Assembly: GCF_004010195.1 (NCBI RefSeq)
Contig: NC_057719.1
Location: 4,390,244 to 4,432,105 of the forward strand
DNA length: 41,862 bases
Direction: 5' to 3'
From: Chiloscyllium plagiosum
Taxonomy: Eukaryota
In this document: positions 1 through 12,654 of the stretch, piece after piece
How positions within the stretch are numbered: position 1 is the stretch's first letter
Layout: every line of letters starts with the position of its first letter
The notes under the pieces: model-generated
Told to the model about the DNA's origin: nothing
Database searches by the model: none
The model's input: only the letters and a program-made list of their open reading frames with translations
Position numbers and translations under genes: made by a program

Positions 1-2810
1 CAATACAATTCGATACAGAGCAATACAATTCAATACAGTACAATACAATTCAATACAAAATTCAGCATAGCACAATAGAATTCAGTACAGAACAATAACA
101 TTTAATACAGCGCAATACAATTCGATACAGAGCAATACAATTCAATACAGTACAATACAATTCAATACAAAATTCAGCATAGCACAATAGAATTCAGTAC
201 AGAACAATAACATTTAATACAGCGCAATACAATTCGATACAGAGCAATACAATTCAATACAGTACAATACAATTCAATACAAAATTCAGCATAGCACAAT
301 AGAATTCAGTACAGAACAATAACATTTAATACAGCGCAATACAATTCGATACAGAGCAATACAATTCAATACAGTACAATACAATTCAATACAAAATTCA
401 GCATAGCACAATAGAATTCAGTACAGAACAATAACATTTAATACAGCGCAATACAATTCGATACAGAGCAATACAATTCAATACAGTACAATACAATTCA
501 ATACAAAATTCAGCATAGCACAATAGAATTCAGTACAGAACAATAACATTTAATACAGCGCAATACAATTCGATACAGAGCAATACAATTCAATACAGTA
601 CAATACAATTCAATACAAAATTCAGCATAGCACAATAGAATTCAGTACAGAACAATAACATTTAATACAGCGCAATACAATTCGATACAGAGCAATACAA
701 TTCAATACAGTACAATACAATTCAGTACAGTACAATACAATTCAATACAGCACAATACAATTCAATACAGTGCAATACAATTCAATACAGTACAATACAA
801 TTCAGTACAGTACAATACAATTCAATACAGCACAATACAATTCAATACAGTGCAATACAATTCAATACAGTACAATACAATTCAACATAGCACAATACAA
901 TTCAATACAAAATTCAGCATAGCACAATAGAATTCAGTACAGAACAATAACATTCAATACAGCACAATACAATTCAGTACAGAGCAATACAATTCAATAC
1001 AGTACAATACAATTCAGTACAGTACAATACAATTCAATACAGAACAATACAATTCAATACAGCACAATACAATTCAATACAGTGCAATACAATTCAATAC
1101 AGTACAATACAATTCAGTACAGAGCAATACAATTCAATATAGCGCAATACAATTCAGTACAGTACAATACAATTCAATACAGAACAATACAATTCAATAC
1201 AGTACAATACAATTCAGTACAGTACAATACAATTCAATACAGAACAATACAATTCAATACAGTACAATACAGTTCAATACAGTACAATACAATTCAATAC
1301 AGCACAATACAATTCAATACAGTACAATACAATTCAATACAGAACAATACAATTCAATACAGTACAATACAATTCAGTACAGTACAATACAATTTAGTAC
1401 AGAACAATACAATTCAATACAGTACAATACAATTCAATACAGTACAATACAATTCAGTACAGAGCAATACAATTCAATATAGCGCAATACAATTCAGTAC
1501 AGTACAATATAATTCAATACAGAACAATACAATTCAATACAGAACAATACAATTCAATATAGTACAATACAATTCAGTACAGAGCAATACAATTCAATAC
1601 AGCGCAATACAATTCAATACTGTACAATACAATTCAATACAGAACAATACAATTCAATACAGAACAATACAATTCAGTACAGCACAATATAATTCAGTAC
1701 AGTACAATACAATTTAGTACAGAACAATACAATTCAATACAGTACAATACAATTCAGTACAGAACAATACAATTCAATACAGCACAATACAATTCAATAC
1801 AGTACAATACAATTCAGTACAGAGCAATACAATTCAATATAGCACAATACAATTCAGTACAGTGCAATATAATTCAATACAGAACAATACAATTCAATAC
1901 AGTATAATACAATTCAATACAGTACAATATAATTCAGTACAGAGCAATACAATTCAATACAGCGCAATACAATTCAGTACAGTACAATACAATTCAATAC
2001 AGTACAATACAATTCAGTACAGTACAATACAATTCAGTACAGCACAATACAATTCAGTACAGTACAATACAATTCAGTACAGAACAATATAATTCAATAC
2101 AATACAATACAATTCAGTACAGAACAATACAATTCAATTCAGCACAATACAATTCAATACAGTACAATACAATTCAGTACAGAACAATACAATTCAATAC
2201 AGTACAATACAATTCAGTACAGAGCAATATAAATCAATACAGCACAATACAATTCAACACAGTGCAATACTATTCAGTACAGAGCAATACAATTCAATAC
2301 AGTACAATACAATTCAATACAGTGCATACAATTCAATACAGTACAATATAATTCAGTACAGAGCAATACAATTCAATATAGCGCAATACAATTCAGTACA
2401 GTACAATACAATTCAATACAGAACAATACAATTCAATACAGTACAATACAATTCAACATAGCACAATACAATTCAATACAAAATTCAGCATAGCACAATA
2501 GAATTCAGTACAGAACAATAACATTTAATACAGCGCAATACAATTCAATACAGCACAATACAATTCAATACAGTACAATACAATTCAATACAGCACAATA
2601 CAATTCAGTACAGAGCAATACAATTCAATACAGTACAATACAATTCAGTACAGTAGAATACAATTCAGTACAGAACAATACAATTCAAAACAATACAATT
2701 CAGTACAGAACAATACAATTCAATACAGCACAGCACAATTCAATACAGTACAATACTATTCAATACAGTATAATACAATTCAATACAGCACGATACAATT
2801 CAATTCAGCG
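1..2810. repeat. Satellite with ~20-bp unit CAATACAATTCAATACAGTA (built of 5-mers); 112-bp higher-order unit over 1-~720
   Basis: Tandem repetition is directly visible. The variant CAATACAATTCGATACAGAG recurs at 1, 113, 225, 337, 449, 561 and 673 (period 112). The Q/Y/N/S/T/I-rich ORFs here are translations of the repeat. Confidence 0.97.
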
Positions 2811-3056
2811 TAGGAACAAGCTATTCGGTCCACTCAGCCTGCACCAATTCTAAACCATATTTAGATTCACTGCTAATTGCCCATGTGTGGTTTCTATCTC
2901 TCTGCTCGCCTCCCATTCATGTGTCTATCAAGATATGCCTTAAACGTTGCTAATGTGCCTGCTTTCACCACCTCCACTGGCAATAAATACCAAGCACCCA
3001 CCACTCTCTGTGTGAAAAACTTGTCCCTCACCTCTCCCCTAAACCTTGCCCCCTCT
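2811..3056 (-). mobile_element. CR1-clade LINE 3' end fragment
   Basis: Reverse complement of a typical shark CR1 3' tail/ORF2 end (ACCACTCTCTGTGTGAAAAAC, i.e. the FFTQRVV motif on the minus strand). Confidence 0.8.
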
Positions 3057-3750
3057 CATAGAGTCATGGAGATGTACAGCACGGAAACAGACCCTTTGGT
3101 CCAACTCATCCATGCTGACCAGATATCCCAACTCAATTTAGTCAGACTTGCCAGCACTCGGCCCATATTCCCCTAAACCCTTCTTATTCATATACCCATC
3201 TAAATGCCTTTTAAATGTTGCAATCGTAACAGCCTCCATCACTTCCTCTGGCAGTTCATTCCAAACACGCACCACTCTCTGTGTGAAAAGGTTACCCTTT
3301 GGGTCTCTTTTATAGCTCTCCCCTCTCACCCTAAATCTATGCTCTCCGTTCTGGACTCCCCCATCCCAGGGAAAAGACTTTGTCTATTTATCCTATCCAT
3401 ACCCCTCATGATTTTATAAACCTCTATAAGGTCACCACTTAGCCTCCAACGCTCCAGGGAAAACAGCCCCAGCCTGTTCAGCCAGAGTATTGAGTACAGG
3501 AGTTGGGAGGTCATGTTGCAGCTGTACAGGACATTGGTTAGGCCACTGTTGGAATATTGCAAGCAATTCTGGTCTCCTTCCTATCGGAAAGATGTTGTGT
3601 AACTTGAAAGGGTTCAGAAAAGATTTACAAGGATGTTGCCAGGGTTGGAGAATTTGAGCTATAGGGAGAGGCTGAACAGTCTGGGGCTGTTTTCCCTGGA
3701 GTGTCGGAGGCTGAGGGGTGATCTTATCGAGGTTTACAAAATTATGAGGG
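3057..3750. mobile_element. HER1/CR1 LINE 3' fragment (minus, 3057-3483) joined to an inverted RT C-terminal piece (plus, 3484-3750)
   Basis: Minus-strand ORFs NLFTQRVVRVWNELP and LGLFSLERWRLSGDLIEVYKIMRG; plus-strand MLPGLENLSYRERLNSLGLFSLECRRLRGDLIEVYKIMRG; CATAGAGT-type tail at 3057. Confidence 0.88.
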
Positions 3751-5194
3751 GCCAGGGTACAGGTGCTTTAGGCGGGACAGAGATGGTGGAAGGAGTGGAG
3801 GGGGAGTTGTATGTTTGATTGAGGTGAGTATCACAGCAGTAATCAGAGATGAAATAACTGAAGGATCATCCAGTGAGGCTTTGTGGGTGGAGCTAAAAAG
3901 TAAGAAGGGGATGGTGACATTACTGGGGTTGAACTTACAGGCCCCCAAATAGTTAACGGGAATTAGAAGAATAAATATGCAGCACGACTGGGGAGACTTG
4001 CAGGAACAATAGGGTTGTCATAGTAGGGGATTTTAATTTCCCTAACATAGACTGGGACTGCCATAGCGTTAAGGGTTCAGATGGGGTGGAATTTCTTAAG
4101 TGTGTTCAGGAAAGTTTCCTCAAACAGTACTTAGAGGGTCCTACTTAGGAAGGGGCAAAACCTGACCTACTATTGGGAAATAGGGCAGGACCGGTGACGG
4201 AGGTGACAGAGGGGGAACACTTTGGGACGAGTGGCCATAGTGCTATTAATTTTTAAATAGTTATGGAGAGGGATAAAACTGTTCCACAGGTTCATGTTCT
4301 AAACTTGGGTAGAGTGACTTTTAATGGGATTAGACAGGAGCTTGTAGGGGTTGGTTGGAGTAGTTTGTTTGCAGGCAAAGGGACCTCCGGCAAGTGGGAG
4401 GCCTTTAAAAGTGAGATAGCTAGAGTTCAAGGTTTATATGTTCCTGTGAGGTTGAAAGGCAAGGTTGGCAGGAATAGGGAACCCTGGATGACAAGAGATA
4501 TTGAGGCTTTGACCAGAAAAAGGAAGGAGGCGTGACTCAGATACAGGCAGCTGGGAATCCTGGAGGTATGTTGGGGATACAGGAGTTTACTGAAGAAGGA
4601 AATCAGGAGGTGAAAAGGGGGCACAAGATAGCCTTGGCTGAGCAGAACAGGATCAATCCAAAGAGGTTCTTTAAGTATCTTAAAGGAAAAAGAATAACTA
4701 GAGAGAGAAAAGGGCCCCTCAAGGATCAAAGTGGACATGTATGTGCAGAACAGCAGGAGATGGGCAATGTCCTCCATGAATATTTCTCCTCTGTGTTTAC
4801 TATGGAAAAAGACATGAAGACTTGAGAACTTGGAGAATTCAGTGGTGATATCTTGGGGGCAGTCCATATCACAGTAGAGGAGGCCTTAGATGTATTAGAA
4901 TGTGTGAAGGTGGATAAATCTCCTCATCTTGACCAAAGAAAATCCAAGAACAACGCAAAAGGCGAGAGAAGAAATTGCAGGGGCCCTGGCTGATATTTTT
5001 GCATCATCATTAGCCATGGGTGAGGTCCTGGAAGGCTGGAGGGTAGTGAATATTGCACCCTGATTCAAGAAGGGCTGCAAAGAACAACCTGGGAATTATA
5101 GACCAGTCAGCCTAGCATCTGTGGTAGGTAAGTTATTTGAGAAGATTCTGAGATAAGATATACATGCATTTGGAAAGACGGGGTTTGATTAGGA

Positions 5195-5449
5195 GTTCTG
5201 GATCAGTGGTGCTGGAAGAGCACAGCAATTCAGGCAGCATAATTGTACTCTATGCTACTTTCTCCCCACCCCACCCTCCTCTAGCTTATCTCTCCACGCT
5301 TCAGGCTCTCTGCCTTTATTCCTGATGAAGGGCTTTTGCCCGAAACGTCGATTTTGCTGCTCGTCGGATGCTGCCTGAATTGCTGTGCTCTTCCAGCACC
5401 ACTGATCCAGAATCTGGTTTCCAGCATCTGCAGTCATTGTTTTTACCTC
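5195..5449 (+). mobile_element. Non-autonomous Penelope terminal-repeat derivative with inverted 5' arm and 11-bp TSD, inserted in the CR1
   Basis: TTTGATTAGGA at 5184-5194 and 5450-5460. 5196-5240 is the exact reverse complement of 5368-5412. The same sequence family ends the PLE coding remnants at ~14190 and ~25120. Confidence 0.88.
5317..5354 (+). ncRNA. Minimal type I hammerhead ribozyme motif (best-preserved copy)
   Basis: CTGATGA (5322-5328), extra A, stem II GGGC-TTTT-GCCC, GAAA (5342-5345), C-GTC with predicted cleavage after 5349. Stem III is only the palindrome ACGT; stem I is short and has a U-U mismatch. Confidence 0.72.
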
Positions 5450-5953
5450 TTTGATTAGGAATTGTCAGCATGGCTTTCTGTGTGGGAAATCTTGCCTCAC
5501 AAATTTGTTAGAGTTCTTTGATGAAGTGACCAGGAAGGTTGATGATGGCAGGGCTGTAGATGTAGTCTGTATGGATCTCAGTAAGGCCTTTGGCAGGGTT
5601 CCACATGGTAATCTACCCTGAAAGGTTAGATCGCATGGAATCCAGGGGGAGCTGGCAAACGGGATACAAAATTGGCTTGATGATGGGAAAGAGAAGGTAA
5701 TAGAGAAAGGATACTTGTCAGACTGTAGGCCTGTGACTAGTGGAGTGCCTCAGAGGTCGGTGCTGGACCCATTACTGTTTGTTATCTATATCAATGATCT
5801 GGATGAAAATGTACAAGGCATGATTAGTAAGTTTGCAGGTGACACTAAAATAGGTGATATCGTGGATAGTGAGGAATGTTCTCTGAAATTGCAGCAGGAC
5901 ATTGATCAGCTGGGGAAATAGGCCAAGAAATGGCAAATGGAGTTTAATATAGA

Positions 5954-6359
5954 TAAGTGTGAGGTCTTGGAAAGTCAAATCAAGACAGAAGTCTCATGGT
6001 GAATGGTAGAACATTAAGGAGTGTAGCGGAACAGAGGGACCTTGGAGTTCAGATGTATAGTTCTCTGAAAGTGGAGTCACAGGTAGACAAGGCAGTGAAG
6101 GCAGCTTTTGGCACATCGGTCTTTATCAGTCAGGGCATTGAGTATAGAAGTTGGGTAAGTGTGAGGTCTTGGAAAGTCAAATCAAGACAGAAGTCTCATG
6201 GTGAATGGTAGAACATTAAGGAGTGTAGCGGAACAGAGGGACCTTGGAGTTCAGGTGTATAGTTCTCTGAAAGTGGAGTCACAAGTAGACAAGGCAGTGA
6301 AGGCAGCTTTTGGCACATCGGTCTTTATCAGTCTTTATCAATTGAGTATAGAAGTTGGG
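5954..6359 (+). repeat. ~202-bp tandem duplication inside the CR1 RT region
   Basis: TAAGTGTGAGGTCTTGG starts at 5954 and again at 6156; near-identical ORFs begin at 5996 and 6198. Confidence 0.93.
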
Positions 6360-6974
6360 AAATTATGTTGCAGTTGTACAGAATGTTGGTGAGGCCGCAC
6401 TTGGAGTATTGTGTTCAGTTTTGTCACCTTGCTGTAGGAAGGATGTTATTAAAGAGTGCAGAAGAAATTTACAAGGATGTTGCCAGGACTCAAGGGTCTG
6501 AGTTATAGGGAGAGGTTGGACAAGCTAGGACTTTTTTCTTTAGAGAGTAGGAGAATGAGGGAAGACCTTATAGAGGTGTATAAGATCATGAGAGGCATGG
6601 ATAGGGTGAATGCACTCAGTCTTTTTCCCAGGGTTGGGGAATCGAGGACTAGAGGGCATCAGTTTAAGGTTAGGGGAGGAAGAAAAAAGGGAACCTGAGG
6701 GGCAATCTTTTTACAAAGAGGATGGTACGCATATGGAATGAGCTGCGAGCGGACGTTGTTGAGGTGGGTACAATACCAATATTTTAATGGCAGTTGGACA
6801 AATACATGGATAGGAAAGGATTAGAAGGATATGGGCTAAGTGCAGGGAAATGGGGTTAGTGTAGACATTTTGGTCGGCATGGACCAGTTTGGGCCAAAGG
6901 GCCTGTCTCTGTGCTGTAGGACCCTGTGACTCTCTATGACACACCTGCACATCATGTTGGAGATATGGTCTCGT

Positions 6975-8910
6975 CAATGCCTAACATGAAGCATAACCCC
7001 TGAACAAGACAGATGCAAAATATTCATTTAATATCTCAATCACTATGTCTAACTCTTCGTATTGATCCCTGATTGGCCTTATTCCCCTTTTTAACCCCCC
7101 CCCCCCCCCCCTTATCTATATGATATGGAAGATCTTGGGGTTCCTCTTTACATTAGCTGCCAGTTCTTTCTTATAATCCCTCTTTGCTTCTCTTATTTGC
7201 TTTTTCATCTTCCCTCTGAACCTTCTACTTTCACGTTGGTTCTCAACTATATTTTCTGATCCTTCTCGTAAGAACATTTCTTTATCTTAACTTCTTTTGC
7301 CTTGATAATCCAGGGGGCTCTGGATTTGTTTATCTTGACTTTTCCTTTTGAGGGAACTGCTTGACTGCACTTAAACAATATCTTATTTGAGGATAGCCCC
7401 TTGCTCAGCTATTGCTTTTACCACTAACCTTTGTTTGCAGTCCGTCTGACCCAGCTCCGCACTTTCCCTTTACAGACACACTGGAGCGGATGAAATGCAT
7501 TTGAGGATGTTCAAGGAAGTGACAGTGGAAATTGCAGAGGCAGTGGTACAATCTTTCAATCTTCCCTGGATCTGCTGGTGGTGATAGAGTGTTGAATAAT
7601 TGCAAACACCACACCCTTGTTCAAAAAAAAGTTATAAAGTCTGCTCTCCACAAATTGAATATTTTTACTCTGGATTGGATCCTTTCCACAGGTGATTCTA
7701 AGATTTAGGATACACTGATCACTGTTCCCTGAATGTGCTCCCACTGTCCACCTCATTCCCAAGAACCAGGTCTAGAAGTGCCTCCTTTGTTGTTGGATTG
7801 GACACATACTGCTTTAGGAAACTCCTGAACACAATCTAGGAATTTGGATCACAGTGGTGCTGGAAAAGCACAGCAGGCCAGGCAGCATCCGAGGAGCAGG
7901 AAAATCGATGTTTCGGGCAAAAGCTCTTCATCAGGAATCATCAGGCTTTTGCCCGGAACGTCAGTTTTCCTGCTCCTCGGATGCTGCCTGTTCCCCTATA
8001 TCTTTCCCACTAGCTGGTGGTCTGCAGATTGCACCAAGCAATGTAATTGCGCACTTTTTGTTCCTTACTCCAGCCAAATCGATTCTGTCCTTGAACCCCT
8101 GGGACATCCTCTTTTTCCAGCATTTTAATGCTCTTCTTAACCAAACTTTTAACCACTTTTTTGGTCTCCTTCCTATCTTTCCCGAACACCTTGCACCAGG
8201 AATACTTAACATCCAGCTCAGCCTTCCTTGAGATATCTCACCACAACATCATGATCCCACAAGACAATCTGTGGCTATACCTCCCCAAACCTTTAACCAT
8301 ATTCACACACATGCAGCATAGCCCTGATTTAGACATCATCACTTACTGCCGTACTCCAACTCCATCTGCTAACTTACTATTCTCTATATTTGGGCGATCT
8401 GCCTCTCCCATTAGTTTGTGCACTCTGGTATTGCATTCCAATGTTCTCCACTAGGTTAATTTAAACCTTCCTCATTGAGGGCCAAAGAGCCTATACTGCA
8501 CTGTAATGTTCTATGTTCTCCCTAACAGCACTAGCAAAATATCCCAGAAGGAATTCAGTCCCAGCTGTGTTCAGATGTAACCCAATTTGTCTTGTCCAGC
8601 TGCCATCTTCCCCAGAGTCTGTCCCAGGAATCTGAAGACATGCATTCATCTATTTTATCCTTCTCTTTCTATCCTCGCTTGCACAGTGAGACTGGGAGTA
8701 CTCAAGAAATTACTATTTTAGAGGTAATTTTCCACCAAGCTCCCTAGATTCTGCCTTCAGAACCGTACCTTCCTTCTCACTGGTATCATTCATACCAATG
8801 TGGTCCAGAACACCTGGCTGTTTGCCTTCCCCCAGCAGAATGTCCCGCAGACATTCTGTAATATCCGTGACTCTAGCAGTAAGAGAGTAGCATAGCATCT
8901 TGGAGTTATT
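6975..8910 (-). mobile_element. Fragmented old CR1 LINE (endonuclease region and ORF1 SGNH esterase), with a short plus-strand CR1 piece at ~7480-7635
   Basis: Minus-strand ORFs VRNKKCAITLLGAICRPP (endonuclease) and ARVTDITECLRDILLGEGKQPGVLDHIGMND (ORF1 esterase HIGTND-like block). Confidence 0.78.
7846..7990. mobile_element. Fold-back PLE terminal-repeat derivative with hammerhead-like core on the minus strand (~7901-7939)
   Basis: Left arm GGCAGCATCCGAGGAGCAGGAAAA pairs with right arm TTTTCCTGCTCCTCGGATGCTGCC; TTCATCAGGAATC is the reverse complement of GATTCCTGATGAA. Confidence 0.85.
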
Positions 8911-9054
8911 TTGGTGTCTAATGCATTCTCTGCTTTACTTTCCCTGTTACTTCATCAAAATGAAATGATCAATGCAATGATTTGAGCATGTTCTGCCTTT
9001 TTCACATCCGCATTGACTCTCCTTAATTACTGTTAACCTCTCCATGTGTCAGCC

Positions 9055-9421
9055 ATAAGACCATAAAATCTTGGAGCAAAATTAGGCTATTTGGCCCATT
9101 GGGTCCTGCTTCACCATTCGATCATGGCTGATATGTTTCTTAACTCTATTCTCCTGGATTCTCCCCATAACCCTTGATTCCAATTACAATCAAGAGACTA
9201 TCCATCTCTGTCATAAATACGCTCAATGACTTGGCCTCCACACCCTCTGAGGCAATAAGGTCCACAGGCTCACCATTCTCCGGCTGAAGAAATTCCTCCC
9301 CATCTCAGTTCAAAGAGATCATCCCTTCACCCTAAGGCTGTGCCCTCAGGGTCCTAGTCTGTCCTACTAATGAAAACATCGTTCTCCATTACTACTCTGT
9401 CCAGGCCTCTCAGTATCCTTT
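9055..9421 (-). mobile_element. CR1 LINE 3' end, cut by an assembly gap
   Basis: CCATAAGACCATAA tail; the minus frame reads RILRGLDRV. Confidence 0.85.
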
Positions 9422-9921
9422 NNNNNNNNNNNNNNNNNNNNNNNNNNNNNNNNNNNNNNNNNNNNNNNNNNNNNNNNNNNNNNNNNNNNNNNNNNNNNNN
9501 NNNNNNNNNNNNNNNNNNNNNNNNNNNNNNNNNNNNNNNNNNNNNNNNNNNNNNNNNNNNNNNNNNNNNNNNNNNNNNNNNNNNNNNNNNNNNNNNNNNN
9601 NNNNNNNNNNNNNNNNNNNNNNNNNNNNNNNNNNNNNNNNNNNNNNNNNNNNNNNNNNNNNNNNNNNNNNNNNNNNNNNNNNNNNNNNNNNNNNNNNNNN
9701 NNNNNNNNNNNNNNNNNNNNNNNNNNNNNNNNNNNNNNNNNNNNNNNNNNNNNNNNNNNNNNNNNNNNNNNNNNNNNNNNNNNNNNNNNNNNNNNNNNNN
9801 NNNNNNNNNNNNNNNNNNNNNNNNNNNNNNNNNNNNNNNNNNNNNNNNNNNNNNNNNNNNNNNNNNNNNNNNNNNNNNNNNNNNNNNNNNNNNNNNNNNN
9901 NNNNNNNNNNNNNNNNNNNNN
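9422..9921. other. Assembly gap (500 N)
   Basis: Run of N; the round length suggests a scaffolding placeholder. Confidence 0.99.
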
Positions 9922-10704
9922 CCTTTTAAAACTGCTGTTGTTTTGACTTTTTTTTCCAAAGTTCCAAAACAATGCAGCAGCATGTAAAACAGTAATTGCT
10001 GCTCCTGGAATTCGAGGAAATCACCTCAACACCTAAAATACCTAAAAAAACAATGCCTGTATTTCATTCTCACTCTCCGTCTCTTTCTCTCTCTCTCTGT
10101 AACTCATTCCCTCACTCGCCTGTTGCTGTTTTACCCTCTGTTTAATTCATTATCTGCAGGAGGGGTTGTTCTGGTAATGTCCCTACCTCTAGTATAGGTG
10201 GCCTGGGTTTGTGTCCCAGCTGCTCCAGATGTGTGTAATAATATCCCTAAATGAGTCCATGAGAAATATGCCTAATACATTTCCTCTTTGTGTGTTACTG
10301 ATTTTCTCTCTACATGTAAATCACTTGAGACAATAGGTACGAGTGACTGAGGAGGATTCTGGGAGAAGTTGGCGCGCACACTGCAAAGTGGATCATGGGA
10401 AGACCCAGTATCAAGGTCAGCAGAAAAGGAACTAATCTCCTGAGAGCTGTGTCAGGGGAGTTGGATGACTAATGGGCCTAGTTTTGGAAACACCTGTGAG
10501 GGCAAAAGAGAGTAGATGGGGAATGGGGAAAAAGAAGTGAGGGAAGACTCAAGTGTTGACAGCGAATGAAGAAATGTTTGCTTCCCAATGGGCAGGTAAG
10601 TGATAATTGCACGGTTAAATTCTATGCATGTAAATGCACTAAATATATTGAAAAAAACTGAAGAACTGGAAGCAGAAACTGCTCTAGGCAGATATGACAT
10701 CGCA

Positions 10705-11357
10705 GGTAGCTAGGATAGTGAAGAAGGTGTTTGGGCTTTCCTTTGTTGGTCAGAGCATTGAGTACAGTATAGGAGTTACGAGATCATGTTGCGGGTGTAC
10801 AGACACTAGTTAGGCCACTTTTGGAATACTGTTTTCAATTCTGGTCTCCTTATCAGAAGGATTATTGTAAAACTTGAAAGGGTTCGGGAAAGATTTACAA
10901 GGATGTTGCCAGAGTTGGAGGGTTTGAGTTGTAGGGAGAGGCTGAATAGTCTGGGACTATTTTCCTTGGAGCGTCACAGGCTGAGGTTTATAAAATCATG
11001 AGGGGCATGGATAGAATAAATAGACAAAGCCTTTTCCCTATGGTGGGGGAGTCCAGAGCTAAAGGAAATAGATTTATGGTGAGGGGAAAAAGATATAAAA
11101 AGGAATAAAGGAGCAACTTTTTCACGCAGAAAGTGGTGCGTGTGTGCAATGAGCTGCCAGAGGGAGTGGCGGAGGCTAGTACAGTAGCAGCATTTAAAAG
11201 GCATCTAGATGGGTATATGAATAGAAAGGGTTTGGAGGGATATGGGTGAGGTGCTGGCAAATGGAACTAGATTAGATTAGATTAGGATATCTGGTTGGCA
11301 TGAATGAGTTGGACCAAAAGGTCAGTTTCTGTGCTGTACTTCTCTGTGACTCTATGA
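10705..11357 (+). mobile_element. Younger HER1/CR1 3' fragment nested in the older CR1
   Basis: RT C-terminus (RPLLEYCFQFWSP, FFTQKVVRV) plus GACTCTATG tail; the host endonuclease sequence continues after 11357. Confidence 0.88.
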
Positions 11358-12654
11358 ATCAAACCGGAACAAGGCCGGATACTTAAAATCCCGGGTTATA
11401 AGGCTTTTAGTAAAAACAGAGTGAGTGAAAAGCGAGGGGGTGGAGCAGTCTTGGTCAAAGATAGTTTCAAACTTTTTGTACCAGTTTTAGTTCCTGAATA
11501 CAGTCTGGTTGTGAGAGACAGGAAGGGAGTGGTGACCTTGTTGGGTATCTGTTATCAGCTGATTCTCAGCAGGGAGGAAGTGGAAGAGAGCATTTGTCGG
11601 CAGATCATGGAAACCTGCAGAACAGGTGGAGCTGTGACGGTTGGTGATTTCAATGACCCGAGAGGAAATTGGGAAAAGGGGAGAGTGTGGGCTTGGTATG
11701 GGGAGAAATTCCTGCAGGAAAGCTTCCTGGAAGAGTACATTTCCTGTTCTCCCAGGGACGGAACTGTCCAGGATCTGGTCCTAGAAAATGAAGCAGGCCA
11801 AGTGGAGAATGACAGAGTGGGAGAGCATTTGGGAATTAGTGATCACAAAATTATTTTATTAGGGTTCAATAGTAATTCGTGAGAGGATAAAAATCAATCA
11901 AGAGTTAAGATGTCAGACTAGAAAAGGGTAAAGTTTTAAGAATCTAAAAGATATTGACTGAAAAGACAGTTTGTTGGATAAAACTGTGGATTTCAAAAGG
12001 GAGATGAATAGGGTGCAGACTAGGTACATACCCAGGAGAAATAAACATGGGGTATCCAAGCTAGAATATCCTGATTAACCGAGAATACTGATGAGAAAAT
12101 ATGGAAGGAAAGAAAGAGGCTCACAATGCATTCTGGAATAATAATAACAGAAATCAGGAAGAGTATCTCAAATGCAGGACAGAGGCGAAAGCTGGAATAA
12201 GGAAGGCTGAGAGGGAGTATGAGGATAGGATGGCAGGCTGAGCTAAAACTATTAGTAAAATGTTCTTCATACATATTAACAGTAAAAGATTAGAGAAGGA
12301 GAGAGTAGGGCCCATAAGGAACAAGCAGGGTAAGCTGCTCACTGACGCAAAGGCAATGGCAGAGGTACTAACGGAATACTTTGCTTCTACCTTTACCAAC
12401 TTAGAAAATGGTGACAATGGCCAAGCTGCAAACATGGGTATTGAGCAACTGAGCAGTTCAGTGTTAGATAAAGAAGGGGTGTTAAAAAGGCTGGCAGCAC
12501 TCCAGGTAGAGAATTCACCAGGCCCAGGTGGGATACTTCCCTGATGGCTGAGATGGGGAAGGGAGCTGTTGACAAAAAATGTCCAACCGTCTCTAAACAC
12601 AGAATTAGTCCCAGGGGAGAGGACAATTGAAAATCTGACTTAAGGAAGTGACAA

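Larger units (their letters stand above)
3751..6940 (+). mobile_element. 5'-truncated, decayed CR1-clade LINE ORF2 (APE endonuclease + reverse transcriptase) with 3' tail
   Basis: Motifs GDFNFPNIDW, NYRPVSLASVVGK, SGVPQRSVLDPLLFVIYINDLD, SKFAGDTK, RPHLEYCVQF and LGLFSLE; many stops and frameshifts; ends in GACTCTCTATGAC tail. Confidence 0.95.

Noticed and set aside
1082..2092. Long QYNTI-repeat ORFs; regular repeats superficially like a CRISPR array
   Set aside because: Translations of a 20-bp satellite; there are no unique spacers or cas genes, and the context is eukaryotic.
9354..9987. ORFs spanning N runs (also 30903-31632)
   Set aside because: Artefacts of assembly gaps and CA/TG repeats.
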